From: Buttiauxella sp.
Lineage (GTDB): Bacteria; Pseudomonadota; Gammaproteobacteria; Enterobacterales; Enterobacteriaceae
Direction of reading: 5' to 3'
DNA: 24,000 nt
Assembly: GCA_036502985.1 (NCBI GenBank)
Contig: DASXXQ010000001.1
Location: 34,053-58,052, forward strand
A program made the position numbers and the translations under genes. Below are positions 8,573 to 18,609 of this stretch, piece by piece (position 1 is the first letter of the stretch; each line of letters opens with the position of its first letter). The notes under the pieces were generated by a model. The model saw only the letters and a list, made by a program, of their open reading frames with translations, had not been told where the DNA came from and searched no databases.

Positions 8573-8947
8573 CTAAAAGGAGAGGCTTACAGGGTTAGCA
8601 CGGCTCTCTGTGACGAAACATCGGAATAATCGATTCCCCGACTTGCGCCATTTCTGCAAGTCTTGTGCATTGATGCCGTAGTTACTGAACAGCATAAATG
8701 TATCGTCCAAATATTCATCAATTTGTTCAATCAATTTACTCTCATCATCGTACTTTATTTTGTAATTAAGTGCGAAGGCAGCAATGTGCTCAATCAATTC
8801 ATTCAACTGCAAGTTAATGGCCGAAGTAGGATCATTAACCCAACCATGATTACTCTCGCCAAGGTTGGCTAAGCAGTCATGATACAGATTTTCGCAGAGA
8901 AATTTAAGCTGCGCAATATCATGCCGTTTTGGTGAGTATTCGTCCAT
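8573..8947 (-). CDS. tomB: Hha toxicity modulator TomB (YbaJ)
   Basis: The homologous start is MDEYSPKRHDIAQLKFLCENLYHDCLANL at 8947; the ORF track extends it by 26 codons to 9025. 124 aa, colinear with E. coli TomB. Confidence 0.95.
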   Translation of the reverse strand: MDEYSPKRHDIAQLKFLCENLYHDCLANLGESNHGWVNDPTSAINLQLNELIEHIAAFALNYKIKYDDESKLIEQIDEYLDDTFMLFSNYGINAQDLQKWRKSGNRLFRCFVTESRANPVSLSF

Positions 8948-9454
8948 AATGCAGCCCCTTTTATCGAAGAAATTTGATAAACACAACGCGTTGGGGTGGA
9001 CACACCTGGATGAGGTGGGGATCAATTACAACGATTATTCCATATACGTTTACTATAAATCAATCCGCGTGAGATTTCCTTTCACTATTACGAAAAATTA
9101 CATTTACAGTAAAGCTGTTTACTCTAACGTTATGTTTATAAAGACTTTCATGTCTTTTAAAGGCTTTTTCCGATAAATTAGCTTAAGTAAAGATTAAGGA
9201 AAATAGTTTATTTTCAATAAGTTAATTTTGATTGGCTGTAATGAATCTGAATCAGTCCATAAATAAATAATTGCCTAGGATTATTCCTAATAAATAAGGG
9301 TGAATCATTCTTAACTGTTTTGACGGTAAATTTAAGAAATATCCTGTCATAACATTTAAGACTAATCGCGGTGCTGTTGCAACACTTTGAAACCTTTCGT
9401 TGAAAAAGGCAGCAGCTATCATTATTGATTAATCTGATAAATCAGATGCCAGAT

Positions 9455-9482
9455 ATAAAAAAGGCCGCTTGCGCGGCCTTTT
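9455..9482 (-). terminator. Rho-independent terminator of acrAB
   Basis: AAGGCCGC-TTGC-GCGGCCTT (9461-9480). On the minus strand it is followed by TTTTT. It lies 17 nt downstream of the acrB stop. Confidence 0.8.
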
Positions 9483-9498
9483 AATTGCAGTACGAATC

Positions 9499-12400
9499 TT
9501 ACTTGTGGTGCTCAACTGTGTGAGTGTGCTCAATGTCCTCAGACTTGCGGCTGAAGCGACGGCGAACCACCACGAAGAACACCGGTACGAAGAAGATAGC
9601 CAGTACGGTTGCTGTAACCATCCCGCCCATTACCCCAGTACCTACGGCGTTCTGCGCGCCGGAGCCTGCACCGGAGCTGATTACCAGTGGCATTACCCCG
9701 AGGATAAATGCCAGAGATGTCATCAGAATCGGACGCAAACGCATACGAACAGCTTCCAGTGTGGCTTCAATCAAGCCTTTACCTTCTTTATCCATCAAGT
9801 CTTTGGCGAATTCTACGATAAGTATCGCATTCTTCGCCGACAAGCCAATGGTTGTCAGCAGGCCTACCTGGAAGTACACGTCGTTTGTCAGCCCACGGAA
9901 CGTTGCGGCAAGCAGTGCACCCACAACACCCAATGGAACGACCAGCATGACCGAGAACGGAATCGACCAGCTCTCATACAATGCAGCCAGACACAAGAAT
10001 ACGACTATCAAGGAAATGGCATACAGGGCAGGGGCCTGGTTTCCAGACAGACGTTCCTGATATGACATACCCGTCCAGTCATAACCGATACCGGTTGGCA
10101 GTTTGCCAGCCAGTTCTTCCATCATGTTCATTGCTTCACCGGTACTCTTACCCGGAGCAGCCTGACCAAGGATTTCCATGGAAGGCAAGCCGTTATAACG
10201 TTCCAGACGTGGTGAACCATATTCCCAATGCGCTGATGAGAACGAAGAGAACGGTACCATTTGCCCACTCGAGCCGCGAACATACCAGTTGTTGATATCA
10301 CTTGGCAGCATACGGAATGGCGCATCAGCCATCAGGTAAACTTTCTTCACACGACCACGGTCGATAAAGTCGTTCACGTAGCTACCACCCCAGGCAGCAC
10401 CCAGCGTGGTATTGATATCTGTGATAGATACACCCAACGCTTGTGCTTTTTCCTGGTCGATATCGATTTTGAACTGCGGCGTATCTTCCAGGCCGTTTGG
10501 ACGCACGCCAACCAACAGGTCAGGGTGTTTTGCAATCTCACCAAACAGCTGGTTACGTGCCTGAGTCAGTTTGTCGTGACCCAGGTTTGCCTGGTCAATC
10601 AACTGGAAGTCGAAGCCCGTTGCAGTACCCAGTTCAACGATAGCTGGCAGGTTAAAGGCGAACACAACAGCATCTTTGATTTTCGAGAACTCAGCGCTTG
10701 CACGCCCAGCAATAGCCGGAACTTTGTTCTCTTCACCTGGACGCTCATCCCAGTCTTTCAGGGAGATAAATGCCAGACCGGTGTTCTGCCCCTGGCCGGA
10801 GAAACCAAAACCGTTAACTGTAAACACAGAGTTAACATTGGCTTTCTCTTTCTCGAGGTAGTACTTGGTCACATCATCAAGAACGACTTGTGTACGTTCT
10901 TGTGTCGCACCCGCAGGCAACTGTGCCATGGTCAGGAACACGCCCTGGTCTTCATCTGGTAAGAAGGAACTTGGTAGACGAATAAACAGGAACGCCATGC
11001 CAACCACAATCAGCAGATACAACAGCAAATAACGACCGGTGCTACGCAAGATGTTACCGACACTGTCGGTATAGTGATGCGTGCTCTTGTCGAACATGTT
11101 GTTAAACCAGCCGAAGAAGCCTTTCTTCTCGTGGTGGCCACCTTTCTCGATTGGCTTAAGCAGCGTTGCGCACAGTGCTGGTGTCAAAATCAAGGCTACC
11201 AGTACAGAAAGCACCATCGCTGATACGATAGTAATAGAGAACTGGCGATAGATTGCACCTGTAGAACCACCGAAGAACGCCATCGGTATAAATACCGCTG
11301 ACAGAACCATTGCGATACCAACCAGCGCGCCCTGAATCTGCTCCATTGATTTGCGTGTAGCTTCTTTCGGCGGCAACCCTTCTTCCGCCATGACACGCTC
11401 AACGTTTTCTACTACTACGATGGCATCATCCACCAACAGGCCTATCGCAAGCACCATCCCGAACATCGTTAGGGTGTTTATCGAATAGCCAAATATGGCA
11501 AGGATGGCGAATGTCCCCAGCAGTACCACCGGTACGGCAATCGTTGGAATCAATGTGGCGCGGAAGTTCTGCAAGAACAGATACATTACCAGGAACACCA
11601 GCACGATTGCTTCAACGAGGGTTTTTACGACCTCTTTGATAGATATTTTAACGAATGGCGTCGTGTCATATGGGTATACGACTTTCAGACCAGCCGGGAA
11701 GTACGGTTGCAGTTTTTCTACGGTGGCACGTACCGCATTGGCTGTATCCAGGGCGTTAGCACCGGTAGCCAGTTTGATACCTAAACCAGACGCAGGTTGA
11801 CCGTTGTAACGGGCAACAACGTTATAGTTCTCACCACCCAACTCAACTTTTGCCACATCTTTAAGCAGAACACGTGAGCCATCTTGATTCACTTTCATCA
11901 AGATTTTGCTGAACTCATCAGCAGATTTCAAACGGGTCTGAGCAATGATAGAGGCGTTAAGTTGCTGGCCTTTCACTGGCGGAGTACCGCCCAACTGACC
12001 TGCTGCTACCTGGGCGTTCTGCGCTTTGATAGCGTTAATAACATCAACCGGCGTGAGCTGATAATTATTCAGTTTGTTCGGGTCCATCCAGATACGCATC
12101 GCGTACTGTGCACCAAACAGCTGAACATCACCTACACCACGAGTACGGCTAATCGGGTCTTTGATGGTGGCGCCAACGTAGTCCGAAATATCTTCCTGCG
12201 TCATGGAACCATCGGTATTGATCATACCGAGAACCATCAGGAAGCTACTGGAGGACTTCTCAACGCTAACCCCTTGCTGCTGTACTTCTTGTGGTAGCAG
12301 CGGCATTGCCAGTTGCAGTTTGTTCTGCACCTGAACCTGCGCGATGTCGGCATCAGTACCGGAATCGAAGGTAATGGTTATCGTGACAGAACCAGAGGAA

Positions 12401-12648
12401 TCACTGGAAGATGACATGTACAACAGGTTATCGATACCGTTCATATTCTGTTCGATAACCTGCGTAACGGTATCCTGTACCGTTTTCGCATCTGCACCTG
12501 GATAGTTTGCTGAGATCGAAATTGCCGGTGGCGCAATCGTTGGATACTGCGCGATCGGCAATTTCATGATCGCAAGCCCGCCCGCCAACATAATAATGAT
12601 GGCGATTACCCAGGCAAAAATCGGGCGATCGATAAAAAACTTAGCCAT
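9499..12648 (-). CDS. acrB: RND multidrug efflux pump, inner-membrane component AcrB
   Basis: 1049 aa, colinear along its whole length with E. coli AcrB ([21 protein letters not shown] .. [14 protein letters not shown]). Confidence 0.98.
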   Translation of the reverse strand: MAKFFIDRPIFAWVIAIIIMLAGGLAIMKLPIAQYPTIAPPAISISANYPGADAKTVQDTVTQVIEQNMNGIDNLLYMSSSSDSSGSVTITITFDSGTDADIAQVQVQNKLQLAMPLLPQEVQQQGVSVEKSSSSFLMVLGMINTDGSMTQEDISDYVGATIKDPISRTRGVGDVQLFGAQYAMRIWMDPNKLNNYQLTPVDVINAIKAQNAQVAAGQLGGTPPVKGQQLNASIIAQTRLKSADEFSKILMKVNQDGSRVLLKDVAKVELGGENYNVVARYNGQPASGLGIKLATGANALDTANAVRATVEKLQPYFPAGLKVVYPYDTTPFVKISIKEVVKTLVEAIVLVFLVMYLFLQNFRATLIPTIAVPVVLLGTFAILAIFGYSINTLTMFGMVLAIGLLVDDAIVVVENVERVMAEEGLPPKEATRKSMEQIQGALVGIAMVLSAVFIPMAFFGGSTGAIYRQFSITIVSAMVLSVLVALILTPALCATLLKPIEKGGHHEKKGFFGWFNNMFDKSTHHYTDSVGNILRSTGRYLLLYLLIVVGMAFLFIRLPSSFLPDEDQGVFLTMAQLPAGATQERTQVVLDDVTKYYLEKEKANVNSVFTVNGFGFSGQGQNTGLAFISLKDWDERPGEENKVPAIAGRASAEFSKIKDAVVFAFNLPAIVELGTATGFDFQLIDQANLGHDKLTQARNQLFGEIAKHPDLLVGVRPNGLEDTPQFKIDIDQEKAQALGVSITDINTTLGAAWGGSYVNDFIDRGRVKKVYLMADAPFRMLPSDINNWYVRGSSGQMVPFSSFSSAHWEYGSPRLERYNGLPSMEILGQAAPGKSTGEAMNMMEELAGKLPTGIGYDWTGMSYQERLSGNQAPALYAISLIVVFLCLAALYESWSIPFSVMLVVPLGVVGALLAATFRGLTNDVYFQVGLLTTIGLSAKNAILIVEFAKDLMDKEGKGLIEATLEAVRMRLRPILMTSLAFILGVMPLVISSGAGSGAQNAVGTGVMGGMVTATVLAIFFVPVFFVVVRRRFSRKSEDIEHTHTVEHHK

Positions 12649-12670
12649 GTCTTAACGGCTCCTGTTTAAG

Positions 12671-13870
12671 TTAAGACTTCGTTTGTTCAGACTGTGCGCC
12701 AGCGGCTGGTTGATCCTGGCCTTTATTTTCTGCCGCTATTTCCTGCGCCTTCACCTGAACACCGGGTTTCACTTTTTGCAAACCGGTTACAATAACGCGA
12801 TCGCCATCCTTCAACCCACTCGTTACTACCCACTTATCACCGATAGCTTGTGCTGCGGTGATATTGCGCACTTCTACTTTGTCGTCTTGACCAACGACCA
12901 TTGCAGAAGCATCACCACGTGGTGTACGGGTCACACCTTGCTGTGGAACCAGCAGTGCGTTTGGATTGGTACCTTCTTCCAGTTTCGCGCGGACAAACAT
13001 GCCTGGCAGCATGGTTTTGTCTGGGTTAGGGAAGATGGCACGCAGAGTGATAGAACCGGTGGTCTGGTCAACAGTCACATCAGAGAATTCTAAGGTGCCT
13101 TCTTGCGGGAAGGTGATACCGTCGTTAGTCACTAACTGGACTTTAGCTTTACCGTTTTCTTGTTTCAGTTTGCCATCTGCCAGCTCTTGCTTAAGGCGCA
13201 AGAAATCATTGCTGGATTGGGTCACATCAACATAAATCGGGTCGAGTTGTTGAACCGTTGCCAACGCAGTTGCCTGGCCGCTGGTCACCAGCGCACCTTC
13301 TGTAACCGTGGATTTACCAATACGGCCACTGATAGGTGAAGTCACTTTGGTATAAGCGAGGTTAATGCGAGCGGATTCAACAGCGGCTTTAGCTGCAACA
13401 ACAGACGCGTTTGCCTGTTGAGAGTCAGCAAGTGCTGTGTCGTAGTCTTGTTGACTGATGTACTTAGTACCCAAAAGTTTCTGATAACGTTTAAGCGTCA
13501 GCTGAGCAATATTGGCACTTGCCTGTGCTTTAGCGAGGTCGCCTTTAGCGCTGTCATATGCAGCCTGGTAAGTTGCCGGATCAATTTGGTACAGCGAAAC
13601 GCCTGCCTGAATTTCACTTCCTTCTACAAAGTTACGTTTCAGGATGATGCCACTGACCTGTGGGCGAACTTCTGCAATACGATAAGCGCTGGTACGGCCA
13701 GGAAGCTCTGTGGTTATCTGCAAAGGAGCGCTTTTCAAAGTCACCACGCCCACTTCTGGGGTATGCGGCGCACTCTGTTTTGTCTCTTTGTCATTACATC
13801 CTGTAAGCACTAAGCTGCCTGAGAGCATCAGAACGGCCGCCAGAGGCGTAAACCCTCTGTTTTTGTTCAT
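12671..13870 (-). CDS. acrA: Periplasmic adaptor lipoprotein AcrA
   Basis: The homologous start is MNKNRGFTPLAAVLMLSGSLVLTGC (lipobox LTGC) at 13870; the ORF track begins 9 codons earlier. Colinear with E. coli AcrA. Confidence 0.97.
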   Translation of the reverse strand: MNKNRGFTPLAAVLMLSGSLVLTGCNDKETKQSAPHTPEVGVVTLKSAPLQITTELPGRTSAYRIAEVRPQVSGIILKRNFVEGSEIQAGVSLYQIDPATYQAAYDSAKGDLAKAQASANIAQLTLKRYQKLLGTKYISQQDYDTALADSQQANASVVAAKAAVESARINLAYTKVTSPISGRIGKSTVTEGALVTSGQATALATVQQLDPIYVDVTQSSNDFLRLKQELADGKLKQENGKAKVQLVTNDGITFPQEGTLEFSDVTVDQTTGSITLRAIFPNPDKTMLPGMFVRAKLEEGTNPNALLVPQQGVTRTPRGDASAMVVGQDDKVEVRNITAAQAIGDKWVVTSGLKDGDRVIVTGLQKVKPGVQVKAQEIAAENKGQDQPAAGAQSEQTKS

Positions 13871-13961
13871 ATGTAAACCTCGAGTGTCCGATTTCAAAGT
13901 TGTTCAATGGAGAGAATGTCCACAAACCCATTGCTGCGTTTATATTATCGTCGTGCTATGG

Positions 13962-13985
13962 TACATACATTCACAAATGTATGTA
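13962..13985. promoter_or_regulatory. AcrR operator (24-bp inverted repeat) overlapping the acrAB promoter
   Basis: TACATACATTCACAAATGTATGTA. This is the reverse complement of the E. coli AcrR operator TACATACATTTGTGAATGTATGTA as I recall it. Confidence 0.85.
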
Positions 13986-14013
13986 AATCTAACTACCGTA
14001 CTTTCACCTACTT

Positions 14014-14032
14014 ATGGCACGAAAAACCAAAC
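14014..14032. promoter_or_regulatory. Marbox (MarA/SoxS/Rob site) overlapping the first codons of acrR
   Basis: ATGGCACGAAAAACCAAAC fits every specified position of the degenerate consensus AYnGCACnnWnnRYYAAAY. It lies about 30 bp upstream of the AcrR operator relative to acrA transcription. Confidence 0.55.
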
Positions 14033-14655
14033 AACAAGCACTAGAGACCCGCCAACATCTTTTAGATGTTGCAATCCGCTTGTTTTCCCAACACGGCGTT
14101 TCTGCAACGTCGCTGGCGGATATCGCAAAGGCGGCTGGTGTCACGCGTGGTGCAATCTACTGGCATTTCAAAAATAAGTCGGATTTGTTTAATGAAATCT
14201 GGGAGCTAACTGAATCCAGTATTGGTGACTTAGAGACTGAGTATCGGGCAAAATTTCCTGACGATCCACTTTCTGTTGTCAGAGAGTTGTTAATTTACAT
14301 ATTAAAGGCAACCGTCGCTGATGAGCGCCGTCGCTTAATGACAGAAATCATCTTCCATAAATGTGAATTCGTTGGAGAATTGGCGATTTTACAGCAGGCA
14401 AGACGCGAGCTTTATATGGAAGGAAACGAGAGAATTGAGAGCAGTTTGCAGCGTTGTATTGATGCAGAAATGCTACCAAAAAGCTTACGCCTTCCTCATG
14501 CAGTTATCCTGCTTCGAAGTTACATCACCGGGCTAATCGAAAACTGGCTCGTTGCTCCAGATAGCTTTGACCTTCATGGCCTTGCAGAAGACTATGTCGC
14601 CATTTTGCTGGAAATGTTCCAGACCTGCCCAACTCTGCAGGGTAGCCCTCAGTAA
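14014..14655 (+). CDS. acrR: TetR-family repressor AcrR
   Basis: 213 aa, [59 protein letters not shown]... Colinear with E. coli AcrR and divergent from acrA. Confidence 0.97.
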   Translation: MARKTKQQALETRQHLLDVAIRLFSQHGVSATSLADIAKAAGVTRGAIYWHFKNKSDLFNEIWELTESSIGDLETEYRAKFPDDPLSVVRELLIYILKATVADERRRLMTEIIFHKCEFVGELAILQQARRELYMEGNERIESSLQRCIDAEMLPKSLRLPHAVILLRSYITGLIENWLVAPDSFDLHGLAEDYVAILLEMFQTCPTLQGSPQ

Positions 14656-14710
14656 AAATGTGCTTATTCGGGTGATTCTGAACAGAGTTGACCAAGGTTT
14701 TTCCAAAAAG

Positions 14711-14743
14711 ACGTGCTAATCTGACGGCACGTATTTCGTCTTT
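14711..14743 (+). terminator. Probable acrR terminator
   Basis: ACGTGC-(10 nt loop)-GCACGT, a 6-bp stem, followed by ATTTCGTCTTT. Confidence 0.4.
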
Positions 14744-14784
14744 AACTCGCCATCCTTCGGCCTGTTTTCAAACACAGTCAAACT

Positions 14785-17700
14785 ATGCAACAACTCTTGT
14801 GTTCATTATATTCACGGCGCGTATCCGCCCGGTTTTTGCTTATTGCATTCGTCAGCCTGTTTTGCGTAATCGCGCAGCCTGTCTGGGCGCAAAAAAACAG
14901 TAGCGACCTCCCGAGCCGCGATGAAATCCAAAACCAGCTTTCCGCGCTGAATAAGCAAAAGACGCTGTCTCCAAATGACAAGCTTACTCAACAAGATCTC
15001 AATGAAACGATTGAGGTTTTAGATAAGATTGATCGGGTTAAGGATGAGACGGCAAAACTCCATCAGCAAGTTACCGAAGCGCCGAAAGTACTACGCAAAG
15101 CGACGGATGCGTTGAACGAGCTTAAAAATCGGTCAAACGATCCTGCTAATGTAGAGGCTGAAGTCGAAGCGATGAGCCTTCGCCAGCTCGAATCCCGCTT
15201 GAGTGATTTGCTGACTGAATTACAAAATTCGCAAAGCGATTTAGCCACCTGGAACAGCCAGCTTATTTCGCTGCAAACGCAGCCAGAGCGTGTGCAGAAT
15301 GCTATGGCCGTCACATCGACCAAACTTGAAGCGATACGTAATCGCCTGAATGGTGTAACGCCTGGTGCTGTGGAATTGCGCCCGAGCCAGCAAAACTTGT
15401 TGTTAGCACAGCAGGCCTTGCTGAATGCCCAACTGGATCAGCAGCGCGACAGCCTCAAAGGCAACACCATTTTGCAAGATGTGCTGCAAAAACAGCGTGA
15501 TTACACCAATGCCCATATCAATCAACTGGAGGCCACCCTCCAGATCTTGCAAAAAGTGGTCAGTAGCAAGCGTTTAACTCTGACGCAGCAGACTGCGCAG
15601 GACGCAATAGACTCTGAAGATACGGTTAAAATCCAGCAAAATCCGCTAGTGAAACAGGAACTGGATATCAACCACCAGCTGAGCCAGCGCCTGATTGATG
15701 CCACTCAACATGCCAATGAAATGGTTCCGTCGAGTATCCGCATTAAGAACACACTGGATCGTGCGCTGCAATCTGAACGTAACTTGAAAGAGCAGATTGC
15801 CGTATTGAAAGGTAGCTTGCTGCTGTCGCGCATTCTTTACCAGCAGCAGCAACAAAACTTGCCATCTGCTGAAGATACTGAAGATCTGACCAACCGCATT
15901 GCGGATATTCGCCTTGAACAGTTTGATGTTAACCAGCAGCGTGATGCACTTTTCCAGCCCGATGAGGTGGTCGCGAAAATTGAAGACGGCCATAAAGCCG
16001 ATGTCACACCTGAAGCCCACGATGCGTTATTGCAGATTCTGGATACCCGGCGCGAATTGCTCGACCAATTGAATAAGCAGCTAGGTATGCAGTTAATGCT
16101 GGCAATCAATTTACAGAATAATCAGCAGCAGTTGCAGAACGTGACGAAATCGCTCGACCAAATTCTGACGGAGCAAATTTTCTGGGTAACCAGTAATAAA
16201 CCGATGGACTGGGACTGGCTGAAATCATTGCCTTCCTCGATACGCGATCAGTTTAAAAATGCCCGCATCAATTTTAAAGGGCCGGAAAGCTCCCTAAAAA
16301 TTCTCGCAATTTTGCTGCTGATGCTCCCGGCGCTGTTACTGGCTGGTGTTATTCGCTGGCGCTTCAAAGCGATAGATCGCTACCTGGAAAAACAGGCGAG
16401 CCGCGTTGGGCAATTGCGTAATGACAGTCAAATGCTCACGCCGAAGGCCATCGCGCTGACGTTTGTCAAAGTCCTCCCCGGCGCGTTGATCATTTATTCC
16501 GTTGGGCTGGCGTTTGCTGGTGTGGACATGAACATCAGCGAAACCATGCTGGCGTTCTGTAAGCAGCTTTCTTTATCCTGGTTAGTCTTTGGCTTAACCT
16601 ACCAGGTGCTTTCGCCAGGCGGCGTTGCCGTTACTCACTTCAATATGCAGCCACAGTTATGCAGCCATTATCGCCGCCAATTGGTGCGCATTGGTTGCGC
16701 GTTGTTGCCGCTAATGTTCTGGTCGGTAATGGGTGAACGTTCTCCGCTGCATCTGGTTGAAGATGCTTTAGGGCAGCTGATTATCTTCTTCAACTTGCTG
16801 CTCATCACCGGGTTGGTCTACCCAATGTGCCGTGAAAACTGGCGTAACAAAAACAACCATACCATGCAGTTATTTACCGTCACGGTGATGGGTGTGGTGC
16901 CTGTGGTACTCATGGTGCTGACAGCAATGGGGTATTTTTATACGACATTGCGCCTTGCTGGGCGTTGGATTGAAACCATCTACCTGATTCTTATCTGGAA
17001 CCTGGTTTACCAGACTGTTTTGCGTGGATTAAGCGTTGCCGCGCGTCGTATGGCTTATCGTCGTGCGGTTGCGCGGCGTGAACATTTGGTGAAAGAGGGC
17101 GCTGAAGGCGGCGAGCCGGTGGAAGAACCTCCGTTGGCGCTCGACCAAATCAATCAACAAACCATGCGCCTGGCAATTATCGCGCTGTTTGCCCTGTTTG
17201 CTATCGTCTTCTACACCATTTGGTCAGATTTGTTTGGGGTATTTGGTTATCTCGATAGCATCCAGCTGTGGAGCTATAACGGTTCAGAAGCCGGTGCCGC
17301 GGTGGTAAAAAATGTCACCATGGGCAGCCTGTTATTTGCCGTGATTGCATTTGCCGTCGCCTGGGTATTGATTCGCAACTTACCGGGTTTACTGGAAGTG
17401 TTGGTGCTTTCGCGCCTGCAAATGCGCCAGGGTGCTTCTTACGCCATCACCACCATTCTTAACTACGTCATTATTGCTGTCGGTGCGATGACCATCTTCG
17501 GCTCGCTCGGCGTGTCGTGGGATAAATTACAGTGGCTGGCGGCGGCCTTGTCGGTTGGTCTGGGGTTTGGTTTGCAGGAGATATTCGGTAACTTCGTGTC
17601 CGGCTTGATTATCCTGTTCGAGCGCCCGGTACGTATTGGCGATACGGTGACTATCGGTACCTTCTCCGGCAGCGTGAGCAAAATACGTATCCGTGCCACC

Positions 17701-18162
17701 ACGATTACTGACTTCGATCGCAAAGAAGTCATCATCCCGAACAAAGCGTTTGTGACAGAACGTCTGATCAACTGGTCACTGACCGACACCATTACCCGCG
17801 TGGTGATTCGCCTGGGTGTGGCTTACGGTTCTGATCTTGAAAAGGTGCGAGAGATCTTACTGAAAGCGGCGCATGAGCATCCGAAAGTGATGCATGATCC
17901 TGAACCGACAGTGTTTTTTACCACCTTCGGGGCAAGCACTCTGGATCACGAGTTACGTCTGTATGTGCGTGAGTTACGCGATCGCAGTTACACCGTTGAT
18001 GAACTGAACCGCTCTATCGATCGTTTGTGTCGTGAAAATGGCATTAATATCGCCTTCAACCAACTCGAAGTGCATCTGCGCAACGTTAAAGGCGATGAGC
18101 TAACCGAAGTGAAACGCGATAACAATGGCAAATCAAACGGCGGTGACATCCTTCCGGCGTAG
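14785..18162 (+). CDS. mscK: Potassium-dependent mechanosensitive channel MscK (KefA/AefA)
   Basis: 1125 aa. Signal peptide, long Gln-rich coiled-coil periplasmic domain, multiple TM segments, and a C-terminal MscS-like core (GFGLQEIFGNFVSGLIILFERPVRIGD). Colinear with E. coli MscK. Confidence 0.97.
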   Translation: MQQLLCSLYSRRVSARFLLIAFVSLFCVIAQPVWAQKNSSDLPSRDEIQNQLSALNKQKTLSPNDKLTQQDLNETIEVLDKIDRVKDETAKLHQQVTEAPKVLRKATDALNELKNRSNDPANVEAEVEAMSLRQLESRLSDLLTELQNSQSDLATWNSQLISLQTQPERVQNAMAVTSTKLEAIRNRLNGVTPGAVELRPSQQNLLLAQQALLNAQLDQQRDSLKGNTILQDVLQKQRDYTNAHINQLEATLQILQKVVSSKRLTLTQQTAQDAIDSEDTVKIQQNPLVKQELDINHQLSQRLIDATQHANEMVPSSIRIKNTLDRALQSERNLKEQIAVLKGSLLLSRILYQQQQQNLPSAEDTEDLTNRIADIRLEQFDVNQQRDALFQPDEVVAKIEDGHKADVTPEAHDALLQILDTRRELLDQLNKQLGMQLMLAINLQNNQQQLQNVTKSLDQILTEQIFWVTSNKPMDWDWLKSLPSSIRDQFKNARINFKGPESSLKILAILLLMLPALLLAGVIRWRFKAIDRYLEKQASRVGQLRNDSQMLTPKAIALTFVKVLPGALIIYSVGLAFAGVDMNISETMLAFCKQLSLSWLVFGLTYQVLSPGGVAVTHFNMQPQLCSHYRRQLVRIGCALLPLMFWSVMGERSPLHLVEDALGQLIIFFNLLLITGLVYPMCRENWRNKNNHTMQLFTVTVMGVVPVVLMVLTAMGYFYTTLRLAGRWIETIYLILIWNLVYQTVLRGLSVAARRMAYRRAVARREHLVKEGAEGGEPVEEPPLALDQINQQTMRLAIIALFALFAIVFYTIWSDLFGVFGYLDSIQLWSYNGSEAGAAVVKNVTMGSLLFAVIAFAVAWVLIRNLPGLLEVLVLSRLQMRQGASYAITTILNYVIIAVGAMTIFGSLGVSWDKLQWLAAALSVGLGFGLQEIFGNFVSGLIILFERPVRIGDTVTIGTFSGSVSKIRIRATTITDFDRKEVIIPNKAFVTERLINWSLTDTITRVVIRLGVAYGSDLEKVREILLKAAHEHPKVMHDPEPTVFFTTFGASTLDHELRLYVRELRDRSYTVDELNRSIDRLCRENGINIAFNQLEVHLRNVKGDELTEVKRDNNGKSNGGDILPA

Positions 18163-18167
18163 TCAAA

Positions 18168-18323
18168 CTAGCGGGAAGTGTTCTCTTCCCGCTTACGCAA
18201 AAAATCCTGACGGACAATCTCAAGCGCTGCGAGCGCGGTTTCCGTCGGGATTTCATGCTGTTCCAGCAACATTATTAAATCGACAGCCAATTTTACTTCT
18301 TCTGGTGCGTTATCCAGCGACAT
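18168..18323 (-). CDS. ybaM: Small protein YbaM (DUF2496)
   Basis: Below the ORF-track cutoff. 51 aa: [51 protein letters not shown], which matches E. coli YbaM ([22 protein letters not shown]..). The ATG at 18323 directly abuts the stop of the upstream gene. Confidence 0.88.
   Translation of the reverse strand: MSLDNAPEEVKLAVDLIMLLEQHEIPTETALAALEIVRQDFLRKREENTSR
18170..18193. terminator. Strong hairpin at the mscK/ybaM convergence point, embedded in the 3' end of ybaM
   Basis: AGCGGGAAG-TGTTCT-CTTCCCGCT, a perfect 9-bp stem beginning 8 nt after the mscK stop. No clear U-tract on either strand. Confidence 0.4.
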
Positions 18324-18572
18324 TTAGTTAATCCGTAATTTGCGAAATAAAAAGATAAATACCAGTGAACCCGCAAGGGCAGCTAATAGCGCGCGTGGCT
18401 CGAGGGTCGCCAGAGTGCCAATGCTAAAAATTGCACAGACATAGCCGCCGATAAGGGCACCTGTAATGGCAATAACCGCGGCAATGGAAAATGCCCCGCT
18501 ACTTGCTGGTCGCAGCATCTTCACAACAACGGCTACCAGGATGCCAATAATTAACCAGGCAAACAGTCCCAT
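18324..18572 (-). CDS. GlsB/YeaQ/YmgE-family small membrane protein (transglycosylase-associated family)
   Basis: 82 aa, three predicted TM helices. MGLFAWLIIGILVAVVVKML.. resembles E. coli YmgE/YeaQ (MGI..WIIFGLIAGI.AK.IMPG). GGGGAG SD lies 8 nt upstream of the ATG. Confidence 0.8.
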   Translation of the reverse strand: MGLFAWLIIGILVAVVVKMLRPASSGAFSIAAVIAITGALIGGYVCAIFSIGTLATLEPRALLAALAGSLVFIFLFRKLRIN

Positions 18573-18609
18573 CGCTTTGCTCCCCGTAGTAAACCAACAT
18601 TCATTATAG

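Noticed and set aside
8949-9176. 75-aa plus-strand ORF in the AT-rich tomB-acrB spacer
   Set aside because: Its composition is driven by AT-richness (Tyr/Ile/Lys/Phe-rich). It has no SD, and it runs antisense through the expected tomB-hha leader.
9469-12297. Several long plus-strand ORFs (198, 178, 104, 233, 101 and 137 aa) antisense to acrB
   Set aside because: They lie entirely inside a gene with full-length AcrB homology. Their translations are compositionally odd (Cys/His/Gln/Arg-rich or low complexity), and they have no SD or recognisable family. This is typical shadow-ORF behaviour.
7488-13897. N-terminal extensions in the ORF track for maa (to 8084), tomB (to 9025) and acrA (to 13897)
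   Set aside because: Homology to the E. coli proteins begins at the internal ATGs (8054, 8947, 13870). The extensions are longest-ORF artefacts.
15063-17792. Minus-strand ORFs of 60-124 aa antisense to mscK
   Set aside because: Shadow ORFs inside a clearly homologous 1125-aa gene, with no independent signals.
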